This document shows positions 46,556 to 56,260 of a DNA stretch of 64,000 nucleotides, piece by piece. Position numbers and translations under genes: made by a program. How positions within the stretch are numbered: the stretch's first letter is position 1; each line of letters starts with the position of its first letter. The notes beneath the pieces are model-generated. The model had not been told where the DNA came from. It did no database searches and saw nothing but the letters and a program-made list of their open reading frames with translations. This DNA is from an uncultured Clostridia bacterium (GTDB lineage Bacteria; Bacillota; Clostridia; Peptostreptococcales; Anaerovoracaceae): positions 988 to 64,987 of the forward strand of contig CAKQOW010000004.1 of NCBI GenBank assembly GCA_934256595.1. Direction: 5' to 3'.

Positions 46556-47863
46556 ATGTTTATGTACAGATACTTATCCCACCTTATACTCTATTCAGAC
46601 AGAAGCGAAAGCTCCATATTGTATGAAACAGGGGAGCTTTTCAGAAATTACGACAACGGCGCCAAAGAAAAATCAGAGCTTGTAAAAGACGCATATAATA
46701 TAGTAAGAAAAATTCTCGATATATCAACCGCATATGCTTTTGATGAGAATTTGTGGACAAGCTATCTGACCTACTATCTCATAAACTCGGAGAACTCTTT
46801 CAGCGCTTCGTGCGAGAGGAGAGGGGCAATAGAGGGCAGTGTCAATTCATTTGCAAAGCATGACTTTGAGATTTTTATGAAGCTTTTCAGATTTGATTTC
46901 AGCGAGATAGAGCGAGAGCTTGGCATAGACTGCTTCTCGGTTCTGTGCGACTATACTGCGGTTGAGAAGCCGTCGCTTATGTATAATCCAAATGTCATGA
47001 AAAGAGTCAGAGAGCTTAGAGCCCAGCTTGAAACCGCAAAGGACAAAGATGAATTTTTCGAGGCGGTGTCGGAGTTTTACAAGGCCTACGGCGCGGGAAT
47101 ATTCGGAGTAAACAGGGCGTTTAGGATTTCAGACAGAGAGGATATACTGGAGTTTGAGCCTGTTAAGAATATGGACGATGTGGTTTTAGAGGATCTTGTG
47201 GGCTATGAGGTTCAGAAGCAGAAGCTTCTTGAAAACACCAAAGCCTTTGTGGACGGCAAACCTGCCAACAACGTACTGCTGTACGGTGACAGGGGGACGG
47301 GCAAATCCACCAGCATCAAGGCTGTTGCCAACAGGTTCTGGCCGGACGGACTTAGAGTTATTCAGGTATACAGGCATCAGATGAAGATGCTTTCGAGGAT
47401 AATCTCTGCAATCAGAACAAGAAACTACCGGTTTATAATATATATGGACGATCTGTCATTTGAGGATTTTGAAACAGAATACAAATACCTCAAGGCTGTA
47501 ATAGAGGGAGGGCTTGAGTCAAAGGCCGAAAATATCCTTATATATGCAACCTCAAACAGAAGACACCTTATCAAAGAAACATGGGACGACAGAAACGATA
47601 TGGAGCATACGGGAGAGCTCCACAGAGGCGACAGCATGGAGGAGAAGCTGAGTCTTGCGGACAGATTTGGAGTTCAGATTTACTACGGCAAGCCGTCTAA
47701 GGACGAGTTCTACAAAATCATAGACGAGCTGTCCGAAACTGAGGGAGTTGCCATGGATAAGGAGCAGCTTCACAAAGAAGCCAATGCATGGCAGATACGT
47801 CACGGCGATGTGTCCGGCAGATGCGCAAGGCAGTTTGTGGACTACATCAAGGGTAAGGCATAA
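46556..47863 (+). CDS. DUF815-type AAA/P-loop ATPase
   Basis: Walker A LLYGDRGTGKSTSIKA and Walker B IIYMDDLSF, with an N-terminal about 200-aa uncharacterised region. Confidence 0.75.
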   Translation: MFMYRYLSHLILYSDRSESSILYETGELFRNYDNGAKEKSELVKDAYNIVRKILDISTAYAFDENLWTSYLTYYLINSENSFSASCERRGAIEGSVNSFAKHDFEIFMKLFRFDFSEIERELGIDCFSVLCDYTAVEKPSLMYNPNVMKRVRELRAQLETAKDKDEFFEAVSEFYKAYGAGIFGVNRAFRISDREDILEFEPVKNMDDVVLEDLVGYEVQKQKLLENTKAFVDGKPANNVLLYGDRGTGKSTSIKAVANRFWPDGLRVIQVYRHQMKMLSRIISAIRTRNYRFIIYMDDLSFEDFETEYKYLKAVIEGGLESKAENILIYATSNRRHLIKETWDDRNDMEHTGELHRGDSMEEKLSLADRFGVQIYYGKPSKDEFYKIIDELSETEGVAMDKEQLHKEANAWQIRHGDVSGRCARQFVDYIKGKA

Positions 47864-47876
47864 TATTATATTTGTT

Positions 47877-47968
47877 AAAAATGTGCGGCATATTGCATTT
47901 TTCGCTGTAAAAAATGTAATAGGTCGCATTTTTTTGTTGCAAAAAATGTGAGGGGGGGGGGGTATAAT
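47877..47968 (+). promoter_or_regulatory. Promoter region with phased AAAAATG...CATTTTT palindromes and a poly-G spacer
   Basis: Units start at 47877, 47909 and 47941 (32-bp phase). The first is AAAAATG-N12-CATTTTT and the second AAAAAATG-N10-CATTTTTT. The promoter is TTGCAA (47937-47942), a 20-nt spacer, then TATAAT (47963-47968). Confidence 0.5.
47952..47962. repeat. G11 homopolymer tract immediately upstream of the -10 box
   Basis: Eleven consecutive G read directly (a-ggggggggg-gg-tataat). This is very unusual in an AT-rich intergenic region. Confidence 0.95.
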
Positions 47969-48057
47969 ATTTGAAATATCTGACTTCAGATGAAACTATT
48001 CTGCAGACCCTGCATCTAATTTACAGGAAACGCTTAAATATCAGGGAAACTGAAATT

Positions 48058-49722
48058 ATGAAATTGTACATTGAAGAACTAAAACGACTAAAAAAGAACA
48101 AACTGCTGTGGATTGTGATCCTCATATATACGCTGTATAACCTTATCAGCATTTTCAGATACCAATACTCTGCACTTGAGGTCAGTGACGGGCTTGACCC
48201 TACAAGACAGATACTGTTTCTGTGTCCGCAGATATTCATACTGTATCTGGTGACGGGATATGAGTTTCTGTCGGAACAGTACAGAGCGGGAATTAATGAG
48301 AGCATTGCGGCTACGGCGGGAGGCTGTACCGGCAGGAATGTATTGGCGGGCTTTATGGTAATGGCAAGCGTGCTGTTTGTAAATTACGCTGTGTTTGCGG
48401 GCTTTGACATTGCGGTTACAAATGCAATATTTGATGCAAAGAATATTATCGGAGCAAACAGAGTGGCGGATTTGTATATAACAAGGAGCCTTTTTATCAA
48501 CATATTTCTGATAGGACTTATCGGTATATCAGCGGCTCTTGTTATCTCAAAGATACAAAAGAGAATAGCGGCATATGCGGTAATAATGGCAGTGATATTT
48601 GCATCATCATATATGATGAGTGAAATAGCTACTATGGTTATGATAATTACCGATTATGCCGTAAATCTGTTTGACATACTTGATATGTTTAATGTTATGG
48701 TGCCGGGGCTCAAGTTTATTCCTAATTATGCCATTGGTTTTCCTGAGATGACCTATAGGATATGTCTGATACTGTTCTGGAGTGCGCTTCTGATTACAGT
48801 TTATCTGATAGCAGGAAGCCGCAGAAAGTGTACATTAAGAAATGCCATATGCGTGATTGTGTGCATATGCTGCTTCATAGGATATGTGCTTCCGTCATCA
48901 AGGGTTGATATGGGGCTGAGCAGTACAGGCTCTGCTATGGCAGACCAGCACTACTATAATATTGCGGGATACAAGCTCGAAAATGAAGCCGGCGGATTTG
49001 ACGTTGACCGCTACACCATGGAGCTTGATACAAGGAGGCTTCTCAAGGCAAAGGTTACAATGGAGGTGTCAGAGCCTCTTGAAGAATACAAATTTACTCT
49101 GGCTCACAGTTATGAAATCAGGGCTGTGTATGATGAGAATGGCAGAAGTATGAAATATGACCGGGATAAAGATGCTCTCACTGTTTACAGCAATGACAGT
49201 AATACGAAGCAGATAACGGTTGAATACAGGGGAGCAAACGAGGCATATTATTCGTGCTCGCAGGGAGTTAATCTGAGAGGAAGCTTCCCTTACTATCCTG
49301 TTGCGGGCTTCAGAAGCATTACAAGAGACGGAATGATTATGAATGCGCTGTTTCTTGAAAAAAATGCGGATTTTGATGTATATATAAAGAGCTTCAAAAA
49401 GGTATATTCAAACCTTGAGGAAATAGAAAAGGGTCACTTTACAGGCAAAAGCAACGGTGCTACACTTGTCAGCGGCCTGTATACTTCAACCGAAAGGTAC
49501 GGCGTCAGAATAGTGTATCCGCCGCTTTCCGCGTTACGCGATGAAAGCCTTGATGCAGCGGCAAAGGCGGCGGTCAAAGACGGATATGGAGAGAGTCAGA
49601 TTTTCATAACACCGAATATGAACCGTCAGGACGATGCGGTAAGCAAGGAACAGATAATTACAAGGAACTGCTTTGAAACAGTAAAAGACCTGGCTTACTA
49701 TAGAAATCAGGGCGGATACTAG
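48058..49722 (+). CDS. Polytopic membrane protein (ABC-2-permease-like N-terminal half plus about 250-aa extracytoplasmic C-terminal domain), paralogue A
   Basis: The ATG at 48058 aligns with the start of paralogue B (MKLYIEELKRLKKNKLLW...). There are 6 or more TM segments. Roughly 85-90% aa identity to 51318..52994 by eye. Confidence 0.75.
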   Translation: MKLYIEELKRLKKNKLLWIVILIYTLYNLISIFRYQYSALEVSDGLDPTRQILFLCPQIFILYLVTGYEFLSEQYRAGINESIAATAGGCTGRNVLAGFMVMASVLFVNYAVFAGFDIAVTNAIFDAKNIIGANRVADLYITRSLFINIFLIGLIGISAALVISKIQKRIAAYAVIMAVIFASSYMMSEIATMVMIITDYAVNLFDILDMFNVMVPGLKFIPNYAIGFPEMTYRICLILFWSALLITVYLIAGSRRKCTLRNAICVIVCICCFIGYVLPSSRVDMGLSSTGSAMADQHYYNIAGYKLENEAGGFDVDRYTMELDTRRLLKAKVTMEVSEPLEEYKFTLAHSYEIRAVYDENGRSMKYDRDKDALTVYSNDSNTKQITVEYRGANEAYYSCSQGVNLRGSFPYYPVAGFRSITRDGMIMNALFLEKNADFDVYIKSFKKVYSNLEEIEKGHFTGKSNGATLVSGLYTSTERYGVRIVYPPLSALRDESLDAAAKAAVKDGYGESQIFITPNMNRQDDAVSKEQIITRNCFETVKDLAYYRNQGGY

Positions 49723-49757
49723 GGAAAGGAATAACGGATAATACGAAAGGAAAGATT

Positions 49758-50600
49758 ATGCTTGAGATAAGAAATTTAAACAAAAGCTTCAGAAAGAAAA
49801 ACGCTGTGGATGACCTCAGCCTGTCTCTCGGCAGCGGAGTATACGGCCTGCTGGGACCAAACGGAGCAGGCAAGACAACCCTGATACGCTGTCTTACCAA
49901 TCTGTATAAATTTGACGGTGAGATAGAATACAGGGGAGAGAATATACGGGGAAACAAAACATATATGTCTGAGATAGGGTATCTTCCGCAGAAATTCGGA
50001 GCATACAGAGAGCTGACGGCAGAAGAAAATCTGTATCATTTCTGCGTACTAAAGGATATCCCAAAGGATTTGCGCAAAAAAGAGATAGACAGGGTGCTTG
50101 AAATGGTTAATCTGTCAGATGAGAGAAGCAAAAAAGCCAAAGCTCTGTCAGGCGGAATGACCAGAAGACTTGGGATAGCGCAGGTGCTTTTGGGAAGCCC
50201 TGATATTATGATATTTGACGAGCCTACCGCAGGTCTTGACCCTGAGGAAAGATTAAGATTTAAAATGATAATATCCTCGCTTCCAAAGGACAGACTCATA
50301 CTTATTTCCACTCATATAGTTGAGGACGTTGATGCGCTTTGCAGCGGCATAGTTATTATGAAAGACGGCAGAGTCAGATTTAACGGAAGTACCGGGGAAC
50401 TGAAATCACTTGCAAAAGGCAGGGTGTTTGAGTGCGACAGCACGCAGCTTGAAGAAATAGAGGGAAGATACTATATAGAGAGGCAGTTTGAGCAGGAGGG
50501 CAGAGTAAGATACCGTCTGCTTTCGGACACAGTTCAGAACTGTGATACTGCATCAGCAAGAATAGAGGATGGATACATATGCGTACTGGAAGAAATCTAA
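49758..50600 (+). CDS. ABC transporter ATP-binding protein (ABC-2 exporter type)
   Basis: Walker [10 protein letters not shown], signature LSGGMTRRL, Walker B IMIFDEPTAGLD. Confidence 0.9.
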   Translation: MLEIRNLNKSFRKKNAVDDLSLSLGSGVYGLLGPNGAGKTTLIRCLTNLYKFDGEIEYRGENIRGNKTYMSEIGYLPQKFGAYRELTAEENLYHFCVLKDIPKDLRKKEIDRVLEMVNLSDERSKKAKALSGGMTRRLGIAQVLLGSPDIMIFDEPTAGLDPEERLRFKMIISSLPKDRLILISTHIVEDVDALCSGIVIMKDGRVRFNGSTGELKSLAKGRVFECDSTQLEEIEGRYYIERQFEQEGRVRYRLLSDTVQNCDTASARIEDGYICVLEEI

Positions 50601-51241
50601 AAAAAGAATACAGCCTGTTTCTGTTTCAGCTTAAAGGTATCAGGGGGCTGTTTGCAGTGCCTCTGATTGTGATGTTTATTCTTATTCCTCTGATACTTAT
50701 ATTAACAATGAAAAAATATGATGAAATCGCATATGTGGAGGAGCGCTTTATAATACTCAGCCAGTATTTTGTGCCGATATTTTCAATATGGTGGATAGGC
50801 TTTTCATTTATAGACCTCATAGAGGGTGACGGAAATGAAGTCTATTATATAAATCACAGAATGAAGAACAAGCTGGTAATTATGTGGCTGGCGCTTTATC
50901 TGGCGATAATCGGAGCAGGCTATCTGATTGCCTCAATCTGGATTGAGAATATGGCGCTTGAATATGTAAGGATAGCCGTAAGCTGCTGCTTCTATGTCGG
51001 TATTATGTACTCATTTATGTATATATTCAGCTCTATGACCGCGGCATTCTTAGGCGTTGCCATATACTGGACGGAGTCTCTGTTTGGCAGCGGGATAAAT
51101 ATGGGAGTGCTGAATTGTCAGGTGGGTCTATCGGCTACTAGGGAACTGATTCTTCAGCATTATTCATGGATTATGCTTGCAGCAGTTATTTTGTATATTG
51201 CAGGCTATATATGTAATATGAAGAAACAGAAATTTGTCTAG
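50579..51241 (+). CDS. Small polytopic membrane protein (putative permease partner)
   Basis: About 6 TM segments and a 22-nt overlap with the ATPase gene. No family was recognised. Confidence 0.6.
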   Translation: MRTGRNLKKEYSLFLFQLKGIRGLFAVPLIVMFILIPLILILTMKKYDEIAYVEERFIILSQYFVPIFSIWWIGFSFIDLIEGDGNEVYYINHRMKNKLVIMWLALYLAIIGAGYLIASIWIENMALEYVRIAVSCCFYVGIMYSFMYIFSSMTAAFLGVAIYWTESLFGSGINMGVLNCQVGLSATRELILQHYSWIMLAAVILYIAGYICNMKKQKFV

Positions 51242-51317
51242 GCATTACATATGAAGCTGTTTTGCAGGCGCTGCATCACGTTAATATAAAATGCTTTAAT
51301 ATCAGGGAAATTGAACT

Positions 51318-52994
51318 ATGAAATTATACATTGAAGAACTTAAACGACTTAAAAAGAATAAACTGCTGTGGCTTGCGATACTCATATATACGCTGTATAA
51401 TCTTATCAGTATTTACAGGTATGAGTGCTCTGTAATTGAGAACACTAATGGACTTGGTCCTACAAATCAGATACTGTTTCTGTGTCCGCAGATATTCATA
51501 CTGTATCTGGTGACAGGCTATGAGTTTCTGTCGGAGCAGTACAGAGCGGGAATTAATGAGAGCATTACTGCTACGGCGCGAGGCTGTACCGGCAGGAATG
51601 TATTTGCGGGTTTTATGGTAATGGTAAGCGTGCTTTTTGTAAATTACGCTTTGTTTGCAGGCCTTGACATTATTGTTACCAATGCGGGATTTGCCATAGA
51701 TGATATTGCCGGAGTAAACAGAGTGGCGGATTTATATATAGTCAAGAGTCTTTTTATCAACGTCTTTTTGATAGGATTTATAGGAATATCTGCAGCTCTT
51801 GCTATTTCAAGGATACAAAAGAGAATAGCGGCATATGCGGTAATAATGGCGGTGATATTTGCATCGTCATACATGGTAAACGAAATAGCTACTATGGTTA
51901 TGATAATTACCGATTATGCTGTGAACCTGTTTGACCTGCTTGATATGTTTAATATTATGGTGCCGGGGCTAAGGCATATTCCTAATTGTGCCTTGGGTTT
52001 TTCTGAGATGACTTATCGGGTTTGTCTGATACTGTTCTGGAGCGCGCTGCTGATTACCATTTATCTGATAGCAGGAAGCATCAGAAAGCTTACATTAAGA
52101 AATGCAGTATGCGTGATTGTGTGCATATGCTGCTTCATAGGATATGCGCTTCCGTCCTCAAGGGTTGATATGGGACTGAGCAGTACAGGCTCTGCTATGG
52201 CAGACCAGCACTACTATAATATTGCGGGATACAGGCTCAAAAATGAAGCCGGCGGGTTTGATGTTGACAGCTATACTATGGAGCTTGACACAAGGAGGCT
52301 TCTCAAGGCAAAGGTTACAATGAAAGTGTCAGAGTCACTTGAAGAATACAAATTTACACTGTCCCACAGCTATGACATCAGGGCTGTGTATGACGAAAGC
52401 GGCAGAAGTATGAAATATGACCGGGACAAAGATGCTCTCACTGTTTACAGCAATGACGGCAATACGAAGCAGATAACGGTTGAATACCGGGGAGCAAATG
52501 AGGCATATTATTCGTGCTCGCAGGGAGTTAATTTAAGAGGGAGCTTCCCTTACTACCCTGTTGCGGGCTTCAGAAGCATTACAAGGGACGGACAGATTAT
52601 GAATGCGCTGTTTCTCGAGAAAGATGCGGATTTTGATGTATATATAAAGAGCTTCAAAAAGGTATATTCAAACCTTGAGGAAATAGAGAAAGGTCACTTT
52701 GCAGGCAAAAGCAACGGAGCCACACTTGTCAGCGGACTGTATACTTCAACTGAAAGGTATGGTGTCAGGATAGTTTATCCGCCTCTTTCCAGATGGAACG
52801 ATGAAAATCTTGATACAGTTGCAAAGGCTGCAGTCAAAGACGGATATGGAGAGAGTCAGATTTTCATAACACCGAATATGAACCGTCAGGACGATGCGGT
52901 AAGCAAGGAACAGATAATTACAAGAAACTACTTTGAAACAGTAAAAAGCCTTGCTTTCTATAGAAATCAGGGCGGATACTGGGGAAAGGAATAA
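51318..52994 (+). CDS. Polytopic membrane protein, paralogue B of 48058..49722
   Basis: Collinear with paralogue A over its full length. The stop codon TAG of A is replaced by TGG, which adds WGKE. Confidence 0.75.
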   Translation: MKLYIEELKRLKKNKLLWLAILIYTLYNLISIYRYECSVIENTNGLGPTNQILFLCPQIFILYLVTGYEFLSEQYRAGINESITATARGCTGRNVFAGFMVMVSVLFVNYALFAGLDIIVTNAGFAIDDIAGVNRVADLYIVKSLFINVFLIGFIGISAALAISRIQKRIAAYAVIMAVIFASSYMVNEIATMVMIITDYAVNLFDLLDMFNIMVPGLRHIPNCALGFSEMTYRVCLILFWSALLITIYLIAGSIRKLTLRNAVCVIVCICCFIGYALPSSRVDMGLSSTGSAMADQHYYNIAGYRLKNEAGGFDVDSYTMELDTRRLLKAKVTMKVSESLEEYKFTLSHSYDIRAVYDESGRSMKYDRDKDALTVYSNDGNTKQITVEYRGANEAYYSCSQGVNLRGSFPYYPVAGFRSITRDGQIMNALFLEKDADFDVYIKSFKKVYSNLEEIEKGHFAGKSNGATLVSGLYTSTERYGVRIVYPPLSRWNDENLDTVAKAAVKDGYGESQIFITPNMNRQDDAVSKEQIITRNYFETVKSLAFYRNQGGYWGKE

Positions 52995-53017
52995 TGGATA
53001 ATACGAAAGGAAAGATT

Positions 53018-53086
53018 ATGCCTGCAGCCGCAGTGATTTTTGTCATAGGCTATATATGCAGCAGGCAAAAGCAGAGATTTGTCTGA
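53018..53086 (+). pseudogene. Deletion scar: start codon and SD of a second ABC ATPase gene fused to the last about 20 codons of a second small-permease gene
   Basis: 52981-53021 matches 49721-49761 (GGAAAGGAATAA.GGATAATACGAAAGGAAAGATTATGC). The remainder (..AAVIFVIGYICSRQKQRFV*) parallels the C-terminus ..AAVILYIAGYICNMKKQKFV* of 50579..51241. Confidence 0.7.
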
Positions 53087-53165
53087 ACGAAAAATATATA
53101 TGAGATAAGCTATAGAAAGACCTTGCCCGCAAATGAGCAAGGTCTGCTGGGTATTTATTATAAAT

Positions 53166-54095
53166 TTATCTGCATTTGTTAAGCAGCTGCTCCCACTTTC
53201 TGTCTATATAGCTCTGGGCCTCTTCTATCATCCATTCGCTGCCTTTTTTGAACATATGGCTGAATCGTCCCTGCAGCTTCAGAAACTCCTCAACCGGCAG
53301 CTTCTTTTTCGGCTCATAGGTCAGGCGGTATACGCCGTCCTCAATTTCAAACAGAGGCCATACGCAGGTATCAACAGCCATTCTGCTGATATGCGCTATG
53401 TCGGAAGCATTGTATCTCCAGCCTCTCGGACATGGTGACAGTACGTTGAGGAAATTTGCTCCCTCTGTATATATGGCCTTTCTGGCTTTTTCGTGCAGAT
53501 CGCTCATATTGCCGATAAATGCAGTCTGCGCAACATAAGGCGAGCCGTGGGCGGCAATAATTGCCGTCAGATCCTTTTTGTTCTGCTGCTTGCCCGGCAG
53601 CTTGCTTCCTGCAGGAGATGTCGTGGCATTGGCAAATCTCGGAGTGGAGGAGGAGCGCTGTATGCCCGTATTCATATATGCCTCGTTGTCATAGCATACA
53701 TACACGAAATCGTGATTTCGCTCTATGGCTCCCGAAAGGGACTGCAGCCCTATATCGTAGGTACCGCCGTCACCGCCAAAAGCTATAACCTTGAAGTTCT
53801 CCTTTACCTTGCCTTTCTGCTGCAGCACCTTGTAGGCTGTTTCAACACCTGCGGCAGTTGCAGCGGCGTTTTCAAAGGCGCTGTGAATGAAGCTGTCCTC
53901 ATAGGCGGTATACGGATACATAAAGGTTGATACCTCAAGACAGCTTGTAGCGTTTACAACAACGGCTTTATCTTCAGGCTCCAGCGCTCTCAGCACGCCT
54001 CTTACGGTTATACCTGCTCCGCAGCCGGCGCACAGCCTGTGACCGCCTGCGAGTCTTTCTTTTTTTTCTGATTCTTTTTTTAAGTTGTACGTCAT
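53166..54095 (-). CDS. 2-oxoacid:ferredoxin oxidoreductase, beta (TPP-binding) subunit
   Basis: CAGCGAG, GDGG.YDIG. The ATG at 54095 is preceded by GAGGTG and follows the alpha stop by 4 nt. Confidence 0.88.
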   Translation of the reverse strand: MTYNLKKESEKKERLAGGHRLCAGCGAGITVRGVLRALEPEDKAVVVNATSCLEVSTFMYPYTAYEDSFIHSAFENAAATAAGVETAYKVLQQKGKVKENFKVIAFGGDGGTYDIGLQSLSGAIERNHDFVYVCYDNEAYMNTGIQRSSSTPRFANATTSPAGSKLPGKQQNKKDLTAIIAAHGSPYVAQTAFIGNMSDLHEKARKAIYTEGANFLNVLSPCPRGWRYNASDIAHISRMAVDTCVWPLFEIEDGVYRLTYEPKKKLPVEEFLKLQGRFSHMFKKGSEWMIEEAQSYIDRKWEQLLNKCR

Positions 54096-54099
54096 AACC

Positions 54100-55371
54100 T
54101 TACACCTCATATTTCTCTTTGTCTTTGCCGTATGTTCTGGCGGCGCCTCTGTGGTATTCCTCTTTCATCATGCGCTGGTCGGCATCTATGTATCTGGAGT
54201 CCCTTACTCCGACATATCTGTATACATCGCCCGGATCATCCTCATCTATAATGTCGTAAAGATCCTGATATATATCATAATAATCCTCAACCCGTATATC
54301 TCTGCCGCCAAGACCGTAGATATAGTTTACGGCATAAGGTCTGTCAGGCAGATCGTAAAGGGAGCTTCTTGCCTCATTGAACAGCGGCCCGCCGCTGTTT
54401 GAAAAGCTCTCGGCCTTGTCCATTATGGCGACTGCCTTTACCTTGCACATTGCAGCGGCAAGAGGTCTTCTCGGAAACGGTCTGAACACGCGCAGCTTGA
54501 TAAGCCCTACCTTGCGGCCCTCTGCGCGGAGCCTGTCAACAGCCTCCTTGCCTGTGCCTGCGCTTGAGCCCATAACAACGAGGGCAACATCGGCATCGTC
54601 CATCATATATTCCTCAAAAAATCTGTATTTGCGTCCTGTAAGCTTTTCGTAGGCTTTGCCTATCTCAAGTATCACGGGCATTGAGTCTTTCATAGCCTGC
54701 GCCTGCGCTCTTTTTACTTCCATATAATACGGGGAGGTTCCGTAAGGACCGACCGCCAGAGGATTTTCACTGTTTAACAGGAAGTTGTCAGGCTCGTATT
54801 CCCCGACAAAGGCTTTGACCTTTTCGTCCTCAAGCAGCTCTATATTTGACACGCCGTGACTTGTAATAAAGCCGTCCTGACAGGCCATAACCGGAAGTCT
54901 GCATTTTTCGGCAATCAGAACCGCCTGTATGAAATTATCATAGGCCTCCTGATTTGTTTCGGCATACATCTGTATCCAGCCCGAATCTCTTGCACCCATT
55001 GAGTCGGAATGGTCGTTGTTTATATTGATAGGCCCCGACAGCGCTCTGTTTACTACAGACATAACTATAGGAAGCCTCATGGAAGCCGATACATAAAGCA
55101 GCTCCCACATATATGCAAGTCCGCAGGAGGAGGTTGCCGTCATCGCTCTTGCCCCTGCGGCGGAAGCGCCTATGCAGGTTGACATTGCGCTGTGCTCTGA
55201 CTCGACGGGGATAAAGCCTGTATCCACAAGACCGTCAGCCACATAGCCTGAAAAATATTCGGGAATTTCTGTTGACGGTGTAATAGGGAAAGCACCCACA
55301 ACATCGGGATTTATCTGCCTCATAGCTATAGCTACTGCTTCATTTCCTGATTTTCTCTCTCTTACAGCCAT
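54100..55371 (-). CDS. 2-oxoacid:ferredoxin oxidoreductase, alpha subunit
   Basis: GNEAVAIAMRQINPDVVGAFPITPSTEI, ESEHSAMS. Confidence 0.88.
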   Translation of the reverse strand: MAVRERKSGNEAVAIAMRQINPDVVGAFPITPSTEIPEYFSGYVADGLVDTGFIPVESEHSAMSTCIGASAAGARAMTATSSCGLAYMWELLYVSASMRLPIVMSVVNRALSGPININNDHSDSMGARDSGWIQMYAETNQEAYDNFIQAVLIAEKCRLPVMACQDGFITSHGVSNIELLEDEKVKAFVGEYEPDNFLLNSENPLAVGPYGTSPYYMEVKRAQAQAMKDSMPVILEIGKAYEKLTGRKYRFFEEYMMDDADVALVVMGSSAGTGKEAVDRLRAEGRKVGLIKLRVFRPFPRRPLAAAMCKVKAVAIMDKAESFSNSGGPLFNEARSSLYDLPDRPYAVNYIYGLGGRDIRVEDYYDIYQDLYDIIDEDDPGDVYRYVGVRDSRYIDADQRMMKEEYHRGAARTYGKDKEKYEV

Positions 55372-55680
55372 TTATTCTCCCTCCTTAACCATAATGATTG
55401 CGCCGAAAGGACATACCTTCGCGCATATGCCGCAGCCCTTGCAGTGCATAAAATCAAAGTCAAGCCTTTTGCCGTCCTTAACAGGAATCGAGCTGTCGGG
55501 ACAGTAAGGGAAGCACAGCATACAGTGTCTGCATTTGGCCTCATCGAATACAGGGCGGTCCACACGCCATTCGCCGGTGTTGACAAGTTTTGAGGTTGCG
55601 CCCTCATATATCTCGGCGCCTGTGGTAAGCTCCTGCCATGTTGATTTTTCATTTATATCTACAGCTTTTGTTTTTATCAT
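55372..55680 (-). CDS. 2-oxoacid:ferredoxin oxidoreductase, delta (2x[4Fe-4S]) subunit
   Basis: CRHCMLCFPYCP and CKGCGICAKVCP motifs. Confidence 0.88.
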   Translation of the reverse strand: MIKTKAVDINEKSTWQELTTGAEIYEGATSKLVNTGEWRVDRPVFDEAKCRHCMLCFPYCPDSSIPVKDGKRLDFDFMHCKGCGICAKVCPFGAIIMVKEGE

Positions 55681-55681
55681 T

Positions 55682-56260
55682 TTAAACTACCTCCGCAAGT
55701 GTGGCCTTGAGAGCCCTCATATTACCCTCGACTATTTCGGGTTTGCCCGGAAACTTGTGTCTGAAAGACTCCTCCATATCTCTGATGAACTGCTCCTGTC
55801 TGATTACTCCGCTGACCTTTACAGCGGCTGCAAGCATCGGAGTGTTTGGAAAATATCTGCCAAGAGCCTCCTCCGAAATCCTTTTTGCGTCTACCGTATA
55901 TATAGGGCCTTTGTATTCCTCAAGCAGCTCGCCTCTTATCTCCTCTGAGGATTTGTTGGTGTTTATGATAAGAGCGCCGTCCCTGCTCAGTCCCTTTGTA
56001 ACATTTACAGAGCCCAGCAGGGTTTCGTCCACCACTACCACATAGTCCGGAAAATATATATTTGAATGTACCTTGCAGTGTGAATCGGCTATTCTGTTGT
56101 AGGCCGTAATCGGCGCGCCCATTCGCTCAGGACCGTATTCGGGAAATCCCTGAACGTCCTTGCCCGAGTTAAAGGCTGCCTCTGCAAGAAACAGGCAGGC
56201 TGTCTTGGCTCCCTGTCCGCCTCTGCCGTGCCATCTGAATTCAACCATATTATCTGCCAT
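55682..56260 (-). CDS. 2-oxoacid:ferredoxin oxidoreductase, gamma subunit
   Basis: RWHGRGGQGAKTA, typical of POR/VOR gamma subunits. Confidence 0.88.
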   Translation of the reverse strand: MADNMVEFRWHGRGGQGAKTACLFLAEAAFNSGKDVQGFPEYGPERMGAPITAYNRIADSHCKVHSNIYFPDYVVVVDETLLGSVNVTKGLSRDGALIINTNKSSEEIRGELLEEYKGPIYTVDAKRISEEALGRYFPNTPMLAAAVKVSGVIRQEQFIRDMEESFRHKFPGKPEIVEGNMRALKATLAEVV

